Shown: piece after piece, positions 25,144-32,000 of the stretch
Numbering within the stretch: position 1 is the first letter of the stretch
How the letters are laid out: each line of letters begins with the position of its first letter
NCBI RefSeq assembly: GCF_000009045.1
Contig: NC_000964.3
Coordinates: 600,001-632,000, forward strand
From: Bacillus subtilis subsp. subtilis str. 168
Lineage (GTDB): Bacteria; Bacillota; Bacilli; Bacillales; Bacillaceae
DNA length: 32,000 nt
Reading direction: 5' to 3'
The notes under the pieces: model-generated
Seen by the model: only the letters and a program-made list of their open reading frames with translations
What the model was told of the DNA's origin: nothing
The model's database searches: none
Position numbers and translations under genes: made by a program

Positions 25144-26291
25144 GCTGTTTGAACAGGTCTTGTTAAAGAAATGAAAGCAAACAGGACAGCGATGATCACA
25201 ATCGATCCGCCGCACCATGCCGTTGACACCACAGTACCCGTCTGATCCAAAACAACACCGCCAATGGCTGAGCCAAGGGCAATTCCGACTTGGAGGGCCG
25301 ATGTGTTAAAGCTTTGCTGAATGTCAGACGAATCAGGTGCAATTTCAATTAAATAGCTTTGCTGAGCCGGGGCGAGGCTCCAGCTCAGAAGACCCCAAAT
25401 CACCATGACAGGCAAAAAGAAAATCATAGACGATGTAGACAGCGGCAGTAAGAACATAATGATGGCAAAGGAACCGGTCACCAGCAAAATGCTCTTAAAG
25501 GAACCAAGCCGGTCAGATAGCGCTCCTCCGAAAGGGCCTCCGCATACAGCAGATATCCCGAAAAGGAAATAACAAATGCTGACCCAGAAAGAGCTCAGGT
25601 GAAGAGTCTCTTCTAAAAACGGCGCAAAGTAAGCGTAAAGCGTGTAGTGGCCAGCTAATGTAAACATCGTGACGAGGTGTGAACTCGCGATTTTCAGATT
25701 ACCGATCGTCTTGAGTTGTTCCCGGAAAGGAATCATTTTCTCCGCCGGTATTCTTTCAAAGAAGATTGAAATAATCAGCATGGAGATCAGTGCCAACAGG
25801 CCGATGCCAAGGAACAAAATCCGCCACCCGAAGGAATCGCTGATTAAGATTCCGAGCGGCACGCCTAATGCGATAGCAGAGCTGAATCCCATAAAAATAA
25901 TTCCGATTGCGCGGGCTCTGTATTCAGGCGCTACAATTTTCGGGGCAATTGTTAAAGAAAGCACAACAATCAGCCCTGTACTCATTGCTGCCAATACCCT
26001 AGATACCATCAGTGTTGCGAAATTAGGGCTGAAATAGGCGACAAGATTGCTAAGGAAGAAAACAAATAAAGCAATTAGATATAAGCGCTTCCGCTCAATC
26101 TTCGCAGTCAATGCCAAAAGCAGCGGCCCAGATACTGCATATCCCAGCGCAAACACACTGATCAGCTGTCCGGCTGAAACAATGGAAATGTCTAAATCAT
26201 TTGCGATCTGAGGAAGAATTCCCCCCACAATTAACTCAACCAATCCGACTGCAATCGTAGAAGCTGCAAGCAGGAAAACTTTGAAATTCAT
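25125..26291 (-). CDS. pbuE: MFS purine (hypoxanthine/adenine) efflux pump
   Basis: 388 aa MFS protein ('[26 protein letters not shown]') downstream of an adenine-type purine riboswitch. Confidence 0.93.
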   Translation of the reverse strand: MNFKVFLLAASTIAVGLVELIVGGILPQIANDLDISIVSAGQLISVFALGYAVSGPLLLALTAKIERKRLYLIALFVFFLSNLVAYFSPNFATLMVSRVLAAMSTGLIVVLSLTIAPKIVAPEYRARAIGIIFMGFSSAIALGVPLGILISDSFGWRILFLGIGLLALISMLIISIFFERIPAEKMIPFREQLKTIGNLKIASSHLVTMFTLAGHYTLYAYFAPFLEETLHLSSFWVSICYFLFGISAVCGGPFGGALSDRLGSFKSILLVTGSFAIIMFLLPLSTSSMIFFLPVMVIWGLLSWSLAPAQQSYLIEIAPDSSDIQQSFNTSALQVGIALGSAIGGVVLDQTGTVVSTAWCGGSIVIIAVLFAFISLTRPVQTAKKSSL

Positions 26292-26328
26292 AACAAACTC
26301 CTTTACTTAAATGTTTTGATAAATAAAA

Positions 26329-26430
26329 AAAATCCTGATTACAAAAAATGTCATAAACAAATTTTGTAATCAGGATTTTACGGTTCCTGGTAGACACCCT
26401 CAAACCATATTATTGAGGTTATACAAGTGA
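26329..26430 (-). promoter_or_regulatory. Adenine riboswitch (aptamer plus terminator expression platform) of pbuE
   Basis: Reverse strand CACTTGTATAACCTCAATAATATGGTTTGAGGGTGTCTACCAGGAACCGTAAAATCCTGATTACAAAA: purine aptamer P2/P3 with kissing loops. Then the terminator AATCCTGATTACAAAA...TTTTGTAATCAGGATTTTTTT. Confidence 0.95.
26331..26378 (-). terminator. Riboswitch-controlled intrinsic terminator of pbuE
   Basis: Long stem AAATCCTGATTACAAAA / TTTTTGTAATCAGGATTT followed by T tract on the reverse strand; its 5' arm overlaps the aptamer P1 3' strand. Confidence 0.9.
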
Positions 26431-26555
26431 TAATAGCTATTTAATTGATTCGTTTCCGTTGATGAGTGTACCACATTATGAATGAATCTTCCATAGAAAA
26501 ATTTATAAAACGGTGAACCGGAAAAAAATATGATTATATTTATTTTATAAAAGTA

Positions 26556-26603
26556 TAGACATTTAAAATTAAATGACTATAATAATCAATGTAAGCGTTT
26601 TAA
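26556..26603 (+). promoter_or_regulatory. gmu operon promoter with overlapping cre-like site
   Basis: TAGACA (26556-26561), 16-nt spacer, TATAAT (26578-26583). TGTAAGCGTTTTAA (26590-26603) matches the CcpA cre consensus TGWAANCGNTNWCA with one mismatch. Confidence 0.7.
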
Positions 26604-26621
26604 TAACAGGGGGGATAGCAG

Positions 26622-26933
26622 TTGAAAAAAATATTACTCGCGTGCAGTTCAGGAATGTCTACCAGTTTATTGGTGACAAAAATGAAGGAATACGCACAGT
26701 CTATCGGTGAGGAAGCGGAGATTTGGGCTGTTGGCCAGGATAAAGCAAAAGAAGACATGAGAAAAGCGGATGCCGTTTTGATCGGTCCGCAAATGAGCTT
26801 TCTGAAAAGCGAGCTCCAAAAAGAAGCAGATCAATACAACATTCAAGTTGAAGTCATTGACATGATGGCCTACGGAATGGCAGATGGGAAAAAAGCGTAT
26901 GAGCAGGCATTGTCCTTAATGGTGAATCAATAA
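26622..26933 (+). CDS. gmuB: PTS oligo-glucomannan-specific EIIB component
   Basis: 103 aa, 'ILLACSSGMSTSLLVTKM' Cys-loop of lactose/cellobiose-type IIB; TTG start after GGGGG. Confidence 0.92.
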   Translation: MKKILLACSSGMSTSLLVTKMKEYAQSIGEEAEIWAVGQDKAKEDMRKADAVLIGPQMSFLKSELQKEADQYNIQVEVIDMMAYGMADGKKAYEQALSLMVNQ

Positions 26934-27265
26934 TGGAACAGATGAAAATCACGAATTTAACAGACGAGCAAATCAGTTTTCAGCTAATCCTGCACAGCGG
27001 AAATGCCCGCAGCTGCATCATACAATCACTGCGCGCCTATAAAGAAGGGAAAAAGGACGAGGCTGATGCCCTCATTGCCAAGGCGGAGCAGGATTTATCC
27101 GCGGCCCATGACATTCACTTTCAAATGATACAGAAGGAATCCGGCGGAGAAGCAACAGCTTTTTCATTGCTGCTTATGCATGCAGAGGATCATCTGATGT
27201 CAACATTATCCATGAAAGAATTAGTGAAAGAGATGCTTGATCTCTTTAAAACCAAGAATATATAA
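26933..27265 (+). CDS. gmuA: PTS oligo-glucomannan-specific EIIA component
   Basis: 110 aa lactose/cellobiose IIA family with 'LLMHAEDHLMS' His region. Confidence 0.92.
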   Translation: MEQMKITNLTDEQISFQLILHSGNARSCIIQSLRAYKEGKKDEADALIAKAEQDLSAAHDIHFQMIQKESGGEATAFSLLLMHAEDHLMSTLSMKELVKEMLDLFKTKNI

Positions 27266-27283
27266 AAAATCGGGGTGGATAGG

Positions 27284-28612
27284 GTGTTCGAGAAAATCAG
27301 CCAATTCCTTGTTCCAATTGCAGGGAGGTTAAACAATAACCGCTATTTGCAAGTGTTGCGTGATGCATTTATGCTGGCTTTCCCGCTGACGATATTCGGG
27401 TCCATTTTTGTCGTGTTAACGAATTTGCCGTTTCTAAACAAAATCATGAACGCCTCAATGCTTACGTCGTTTCAGTCTCATTTCGGCATTGCCTCCACGG
27501 CGACAATGGGCATTATGTCTGTCTTTGTTGTGTTCGGGATAGGCTATTACCTGTCGAAAAGCTATCAGGTCGAAGCTGTATTTGGCGGAGCGATCGCTTT
27601 GGTTTCCTTTTTGCTCTTAACGCCATTTATCATTCAGCCGGAAACAGGTGATGCCATTACAGGGGTTATCCCGGTCGATCGTCTCGGTGCAAAAGGGATG
27701 TTTCTTGGGATGATTACGGCATTTCTTTCTGGCGAAATTTACAGAAGAATCGTTCAAAAAAACCTGACAATCAAAATGCCAGCCGGCGTTCCGCCTGCTG
27801 TAGCAAAATCATTCGCCGCACTTATTCCGGCTTTTATCACATTGACTGTATTTTTGCTGATTAACGTAATGGTGACTCTGTTTTTTAAAACAAATATGCA
27901 CGACGTCATTTATCATGCGATTCAGGCTCCGCTTGTCGGACTTGGAAGCGGTATCATTCCAACACTGATTGCCGTGTTTTTCATTCAAATTCTTTGGTTT
28001 TTCGGACTGCATGGACAGATCATTATCAACTCCGTGATGGACCCGATTTGGAATACACTGCAGGTAGAAAACCTTTCTGCTTACACGGCGGGAAAAGAAA
28101 TCCCTCATATTATTTCAAAACCGTTTATGGAGATTTATACAGTAGGGATGGGCGGAACAGGGATGACGCTTGCGATTGTGTTTACCATTCTCATATTCAT
28201 GAAAAGCAGGCAGATGAAGCAAGTATCAAAACTTGGCCTCGCTCCCGGTATTTTTAACGTAAACGAACCGATTATCTTTGGGCTTCCGATTGTCATGAAT
28301 CCGATCATTATTGTGCCTTGGGTGCTGGCACCGATGGTTGTTACGCTCGTCACCTATCTGGCTATGTCAGCCGGGCTCGTTCCGCCTCCAACTGGTGTGA
28401 CAGTGCCGTGGACGGTTCCATTATTCATTAATGGCATCATGGCGACGAACTCAATCATGGGGGGCGTGATGCAGCTTATCAATCTGCTGATTGTCTTCGT
28501 GATCTGGTTTCCGTTCCTAAAAGCAATGGATAAATTAAATCTGGCAAAAGAAAAAGAACAGGCTGTGCAGGAGACAGCTGCTCAGCAAAATGATAACAGC
28601 ATAAAAATGTGA
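27284..28612 (+). CDS. gmuC: PTS oligo-glucomannan-specific EIIC component
   Basis: 442 aa IIC membrane protein, 'LAPGIFNVNEPIIFGLPIVMNP'; GTG start at 27284 after GGGGTGG preferred over 27275. Confidence 0.92.
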   Translation: MFEKISQFLVPIAGRLNNNRYLQVLRDAFMLAFPLTIFGSIFVVLTNLPFLNKIMNASMLTSFQSHFGIASTATMGIMSVFVVFGIGYYLSKSYQVEAVFGGAIALVSFLLLTPFIIQPETGDAITGVIPVDRLGAKGMFLGMITAFLSGEIYRRIVQKNLTIKMPAGVPPAVAKSFAALIPAFITLTVFLLINVMVTLFFKTNMHDVIYHAIQAPLVGLGSGIIPTLIAVFFIQILWFFGLHGQIIINSVMDPIWNTLQVENLSAYTAGKEIPHIISKPFMEIYTVGMGGTGMTLAIVFTILIFMKSRQMKQVSKLGLAPGIFNVNEPIIFGLPIVMNPIIIVPWVLAPMVVTLVTYLAMSAGLVPPPTGVTVPWTVPLFINGIMATNSIMGGVMQLINLLIVFVIWFPFLKAMDKLNLAKEKEQAVQETAAQQNDNSIKM

Positions 28613-28629
28613 CATAAGGGGAGAGAGAC

Positions 28630-30027
28630 TTGGCACATACAGAACAATATCGTTTTCCAAAGGATTTTTGGTGGGGATCATCCGCTTCAGCAACACAAAT
28701 GGAGGGTGCCGCCGACAGAGACGGAAAAGGCCAGAATATATGGGATTATTGGTTTGAAAAAGAACCGCATCGTTTTTTTGATCATGTCGGACCCGCAGAC
28801 ACATCCCAATTTTACGACAACTATAAAGAAGATATCAGGCTGATGAAGGAACTTGGCCACAACTCGTTCCGGATGTCGATTTCCTGGTCACGTTTAATAC
28901 CAAACGGAACGGGCGAGATCAACGATAAAGCCGCAGATTTCTATAACAATGTCATTGATGAGCTGATCGCTAACGGAATTGAACCTTTTGTCAATTTGTT
29001 TCATTTCGATATGCCGATGGCGCTTCAAAAAATCGGCGGCTGGGTCAACAGAGAGACGGTTGACGCGTATGAAAACTATGCAAGAACTTGCTTCCGTTTG
29101 TTTGGCGGCCGGGTGAAAAAATGGTTCACGCATAATGAACCAATCGTTCCCGTAGAAGGCGGATACCTATATGATTTTCATTATCCAAACAAGGTCGATT
29201 TTAAAGAGGCCGTCCAGGTTGGATTTCATACGATGCTATCAAGTGCCCGCGCCATTCAGGCTTACAGGGAGATGAAGCAGGACGGAAAAATCGGCATCAT
29301 CTTAAATTTGACCCCTTCATACCCGAGAAGCAGCCATCCGGCGGATGTGAAAGCCGGGGAAATCGCAGACGCGTTTTTTAACAGATCTTTTTTAGACCCA
29401 TCTGTCAAAGGCGAATTTCCCAAAGAGCTGGTTGACATTTTGAAGCATGAAGGCTTTATGCCTGATTACAACGCTGAAGATCTCGACATCATCAAAAAGA
29501 ACACGGTTGACCTGTTGGGAGTGAATTATTACCAGCCGAGACGTGTGAAAGCGAAAGAACATCTTCCGAATCCCGACGCTCCTTTTTTGCCGGACAGGTA
29601 TTTTGATCCCTACGTCATGCCGGGCCGCAAAATGAATCCGCATCGCGGCTGGGAGATCTATGAAAAAGGCGTTTATGATATTTTGATCAATTTAAAAGAA
29701 AACTACGGCAACATCGAGTGTTTTATCTCTGAAAACGGTATGGGGGTTGAAGGTGAAGAGCGATTCAGGGATGAACAAGGCATCATTCAGGATGATTACC
29801 GGATTGAATTTATAAAAGAGCACCTCAAATGGATTCACCGCGCCATACAGGAAGGCTCGAACGTAAAAGGCTATCACTTATGGACGTTCATGGACAACTG
29901 GTCTTGGACAAATGCCTATAAAAACCGATACGGATTTGTATCAGTCAATCTTGAGAAAGACGGAGAAAGAACCGTCAAAAAGAGCGGAAAATGGTTCAAA
30001 GAGGTTGCTGAGCATAGCGGTTTCTAG
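28630..30027 (+). CDS. gmuD: GH1 phospho-beta-glycosidase (gluco/mannosidase)
   Basis: 465 aa, 'FWWGSSASATQMEGA', 'HNEPIV', 'FISENGMGVEGEE' GH1 motifs; TTG start. Confidence 0.92.
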   Translation: MAHTEQYRFPKDFWWGSSASATQMEGAADRDGKGQNIWDYWFEKEPHRFFDHVGPADTSQFYDNYKEDIRLMKELGHNSFRMSISWSRLIPNGTGEINDKAADFYNNVIDELIANGIEPFVNLFHFDMPMALQKIGGWVNRETVDAYENYARTCFRLFGGRVKKWFTHNEPIVPVEGGYLYDFHYPNKVDFKEAVQVGFHTMLSSARAIQAYREMKQDGKIGIILNLTPSYPRSSHPADVKAGEIADAFFNRSFLDPSVKGEFPKELVDILKHEGFMPDYNAEDLDIIKKNTVDLLGVNYYQPRRVKAKEHLPNPDAPFLPDRYFDPYVMPGRKMNPHRGWEIYEKGVYDILINLKENYGNIECFISENGMGVEGEERFRDEQGIIQDDYRIEFIKEHLKWIHRAIQEGSNVKGYHLWTFMDNWSWTNAYKNRYGFVSVNLEKDGERTVKKSGKWFKEVAEHSGF

Positions 30028-30169
30028 ATTTTCCTAAAGGTCAAGATCTTCCGGCAATCATCATAACGAATAGAGATGACGAAAATCCGCAACATTGATG
30101 AAATAGGGAAAAGAACTTATGATATCCGTAAAAGCTTATGTGATATCAAACAGCTGCCGGAGGATACCA

Positions 30170-30883
30170 ATGAATAAATACGAAATCATTGCAAATGAAA
30201 TGAGAAATAGAATTAAAAATAACGTATATCCGATCGATCAGCCCATTCCTGATGAAGTATCTCTTGCAAAAGAATTTAACTCAAGCCGCATGACGATGAA
30301 GAGAGCCTTGGATAATTTAGTTGCCGAGGGTCTGCTGTTTAGAAAACGAGGCCATGGCACGTTTATTATTCAATCTGCAATACAGGATGACCATGTCCAT
30401 GTAGTCAGCAATGAGATTCTCGGATTGACCAACTTGCTGAAAGATAAAAAAATCAAAAGCAAGGTCATTCAGTTTGAAGTGCAATTTCCCACTGAGGAAG
30501 TGGCCGCCCATTTGTCTATTGATCAGAAAACACCGGTTTATTATGTCGTTCGGCTGCGAATTGTAGAAGGTGAACCCTATGTATTAGAAAAAACATATAT
30601 GCCGACTCATTTAATACCGGGCATTAATGACGATGTCCTTCATGATTCGATCTACAATCATATTACAAATGTGCTGCAGCTCAAAATCGCCGGAACGCAT
30701 CGGAAAATCAGAGCCTGCAAATCTGATCATATTGACCAGCAGCATCTGGGCTGTAAACAGGATGATCCAATTCTTGAAGTGGAACATGTGGGCTTCTTAG
30801 ATACCGGGATTCCATTTGAATATTCCTTTTCACGTCATCGGCATGACAAGTTTGTTGTGACTTCTGTAAACATACGGCGCTGA
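30170..30883 (+). CDS. gmuR: GntR-family (HutC/UTRA subfamily) repressor of the glucomannan operon
   Basis: 237 aa from ATG after GGAGG; 'PIPDEVSLAKEFNSSRMTMKRALDNLVAEGLLFRKRGHGTFI' HTH and UTRA domain. Confidence 0.9.
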   Translation: MNKYEIIANEMRNRIKNNVYPIDQPIPDEVSLAKEFNSSRMTMKRALDNLVAEGLLFRKRGHGTFIIQSAIQDDHVHVVSNEILGLTNLLKDKKIKSKVIQFEVQFPTEEVAAHLSIDQKTPVYYVVRLRIVEGEPYVLEKTYMPTHLIPGINDDVLHDSIYNHITNVLQLKIAGTHRKIRACKSDHIDQQHLGCKQDDPILEVEHVGFLDTGIPFEYSFSRHRHDKFVVTSVNIRR

Positions 30884-30911
30884 TTGCGGAGACAACAAGG
30901 AGGCCATCTGC

Positions 30912-31811
30912 ATGCTTGGCGGTATTGAAGCAGGCGGCACAAAGTTTGTTTGTGCTGTCGGTAGAGAAGATGGAACGATCATTGACAGGATAGAATTCCC
31001 CACAAAGATGCCGGATGAAACGATAGAGAAAGTAATTCAATATTTTAGCCAATTTTCATTACAGGCAATCGGCATCGGCTCCTTTGGTCCCGTTGATAAC
31101 GATAAAACCAGTCAAACATACGGTACCATTACGGCCACGCCGAAAGCGGGCTGGAGACACTATCCCTTTTTGCAAACCGTTAAGAACGAAATGAAGATCC
31201 CAGTCGGATTTAGTACAGATGTCAACGCTGCGGCGCTGGGTGAATTCCTTTTCGGTGAAGCGAAGGGTCTTGACAGCTGCCTGTATATAACGATTGGCAC
31301 TGGCATCGGAGCGGGGGCTATTGTAGAGGGGAGGCTCCTTCAGGGGCTGTCACACCCAGAGATGGGCCATATTTATATCCGGAGGCACCCGGATGACGTA
31401 TACCAAGGGAAGTGCCCTTATCATGGAGATTGCTTTGAAGGCTTAGCTTCAGGCCCCGCTATCGAAGCCCGCTGGGGGAAAAAAGCCGCGGATTTATCAG
31501 ATATAGCACAAGTCTGGGAACTGGAAGGGTACTATATTGCCCAAGCACTGGCTCAGTATATTTTGATCCTTGCACCTAAAAAAATCATTCTTGGCGGCGG
31601 CGTCATGCAACAGAAACAAGTGTTTTCTTATATCTATCAATATGTACCAAAAATCATGAACAGCTACTTAGATTTTTCTGAATTATCAGATGATATAAGT
31701 GATTATATTGTACCTCCACGTTTAGGCAGTAACGCCGGAATCATCGGCACGCTAGTTTTAGCGCATCAGGCCTTACAAGCAGAGGCAGCATCCGGGGAGG
31801 TGCGATCATGA
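30912..31811 (+). CDS. gmuE: ROK-family sugar kinase (fructokinase)
   Basis: 299 aa, 'GGIEAGGTKFVCAVG', 'YITIGTGIGAGAIVEG', 'CPYHGDCFEGLASGPAI'. Confidence 0.92.
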   Translation: MLGGIEAGGTKFVCAVGREDGTIIDRIEFPTKMPDETIEKVIQYFSQFSLQAIGIGSFGPVDNDKTSQTYGTITATPKAGWRHYPFLQTVKNEMKIPVGFSTDVNAAALGEFLFGEAKGLDSCLYITIGTGIGAGAIVEGRLLQGLSHPEMGHIYIRRHPDDVYQGKCPYHGDCFEGLASGPAIEARWGKKAADLSDIAQVWELEGYYIAQALAQYILILAPKKIILGGGVMQQKQVFSYIYQYVPKIMNSYLDFSELSDDISDYIVPPRLGSNAGIIGTLVLAHQALQAEAASGEVRS

Positions 31812-32000
31812 CGCATCCATTATTTTTAGAGCCTGTCTTTAAAGAAAGACTATGGGGAGGGACGAAGCTTCGTGACGCTTTTGGCTACGCAATACCCTCA
31901 CAAAAAACAGGTGAGTGCTGGGCCGTTTCTGCACATGCCCATGGCTCGTCGTCTGTAAAAAATGGCCCGCTGGCAGGAAAGACACTTGATCAAGTATGGA
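31808..32000 (+). CDS. gmuF: Mannose-6-phosphate isomerase, N-terminal part (runs off the window)
   Basis: ATGA overlap with gmuE; MTHPLFLEPVFKERLWGGTKLRDAFGY...GECWAVSAHAHGSS type I PMI motifs. Confidence 0.9.
   Translation, partial: MTHPLFLEPVFKERLWGGTKLRDAFGYAIPSQKTGECWAVSAHAHGSSSVKNGPLAGKTLDQVW

Noticed and set aside
27809-29877. Antisense ORFs across gmuC/gmuD
   Set aside because: Shadow frames of well-supported PTS and GH1 genes.
1-32000. Search for CRISPR arrays, transposase/integrase genes, att-like direct repeats, toxin-antitoxin or known defence genes
   Set aside because: None seen. Genes are mostly chromosomal housekeeping or accessory families in the recognised B. subtilis order, with no phage- or transposon-type proteins.

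Overview
This window looks like an ordinary stretch of Bacillus subtilis (168-type) chromosome. It matches, from memory of gene order and protein sequence, the ydfR-ydfS-cotP-ydgA-ydgB-ydgC-ydgD-ydgE-vmlR(expZ)-ydgF-dinB-ydgG-ydgH-ydgI-ydgJ-ydgK-ydhB-ydhC-ydhD-ydhE-ydhF-phoB-ydhG-ydhH-ydhI-ydhJ-ydhK-pbuE-gmuB-gmuA-gmuC-gmuD-gmuR-gmuE-gmuF region. I found no prophage, transposon, CRISPR array, rRNA or tRNA, and no convincing undescribed multi-gene system. The content is rich in small regulator/effector modules, several of the drug-resistance type: TetR+DoxX, an ABC-F protein with a leader attenuator, MarR+MMPL pump, MarR+nitroreductase, an MFS exporter and an MGT-type glycosyltransferase. It also holds spore genes, an alkaline phosphatase, an adenine-riboswitch-controlled purine efflux pump and a glucomannan-utilisation operon. 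The strongest sequence-level signals are cis-regulatory: (i) the vmlR leader, with a terminator, competing antiterminator, very short uORF candidates and a hairpin over the Shine-Dalgarno; (ii) the pbuE adenine riboswitch; (iii) a terminator-like hairpin directly before the ydgE ribosome binding site, which I do not recognise as described; (iv) tandem operator-like repeats before ydgC, ydgG and ydgJ; (v) a G/C-tract palindrome inside the ydhK promoter, next to a duplicated His/Met-containing lipoprotein domain. Start codons were moved from the ORF-track start where a better RBS/ATG/TTG/GTG was visible. No database or folding tool was available, so gene names rest on recall.
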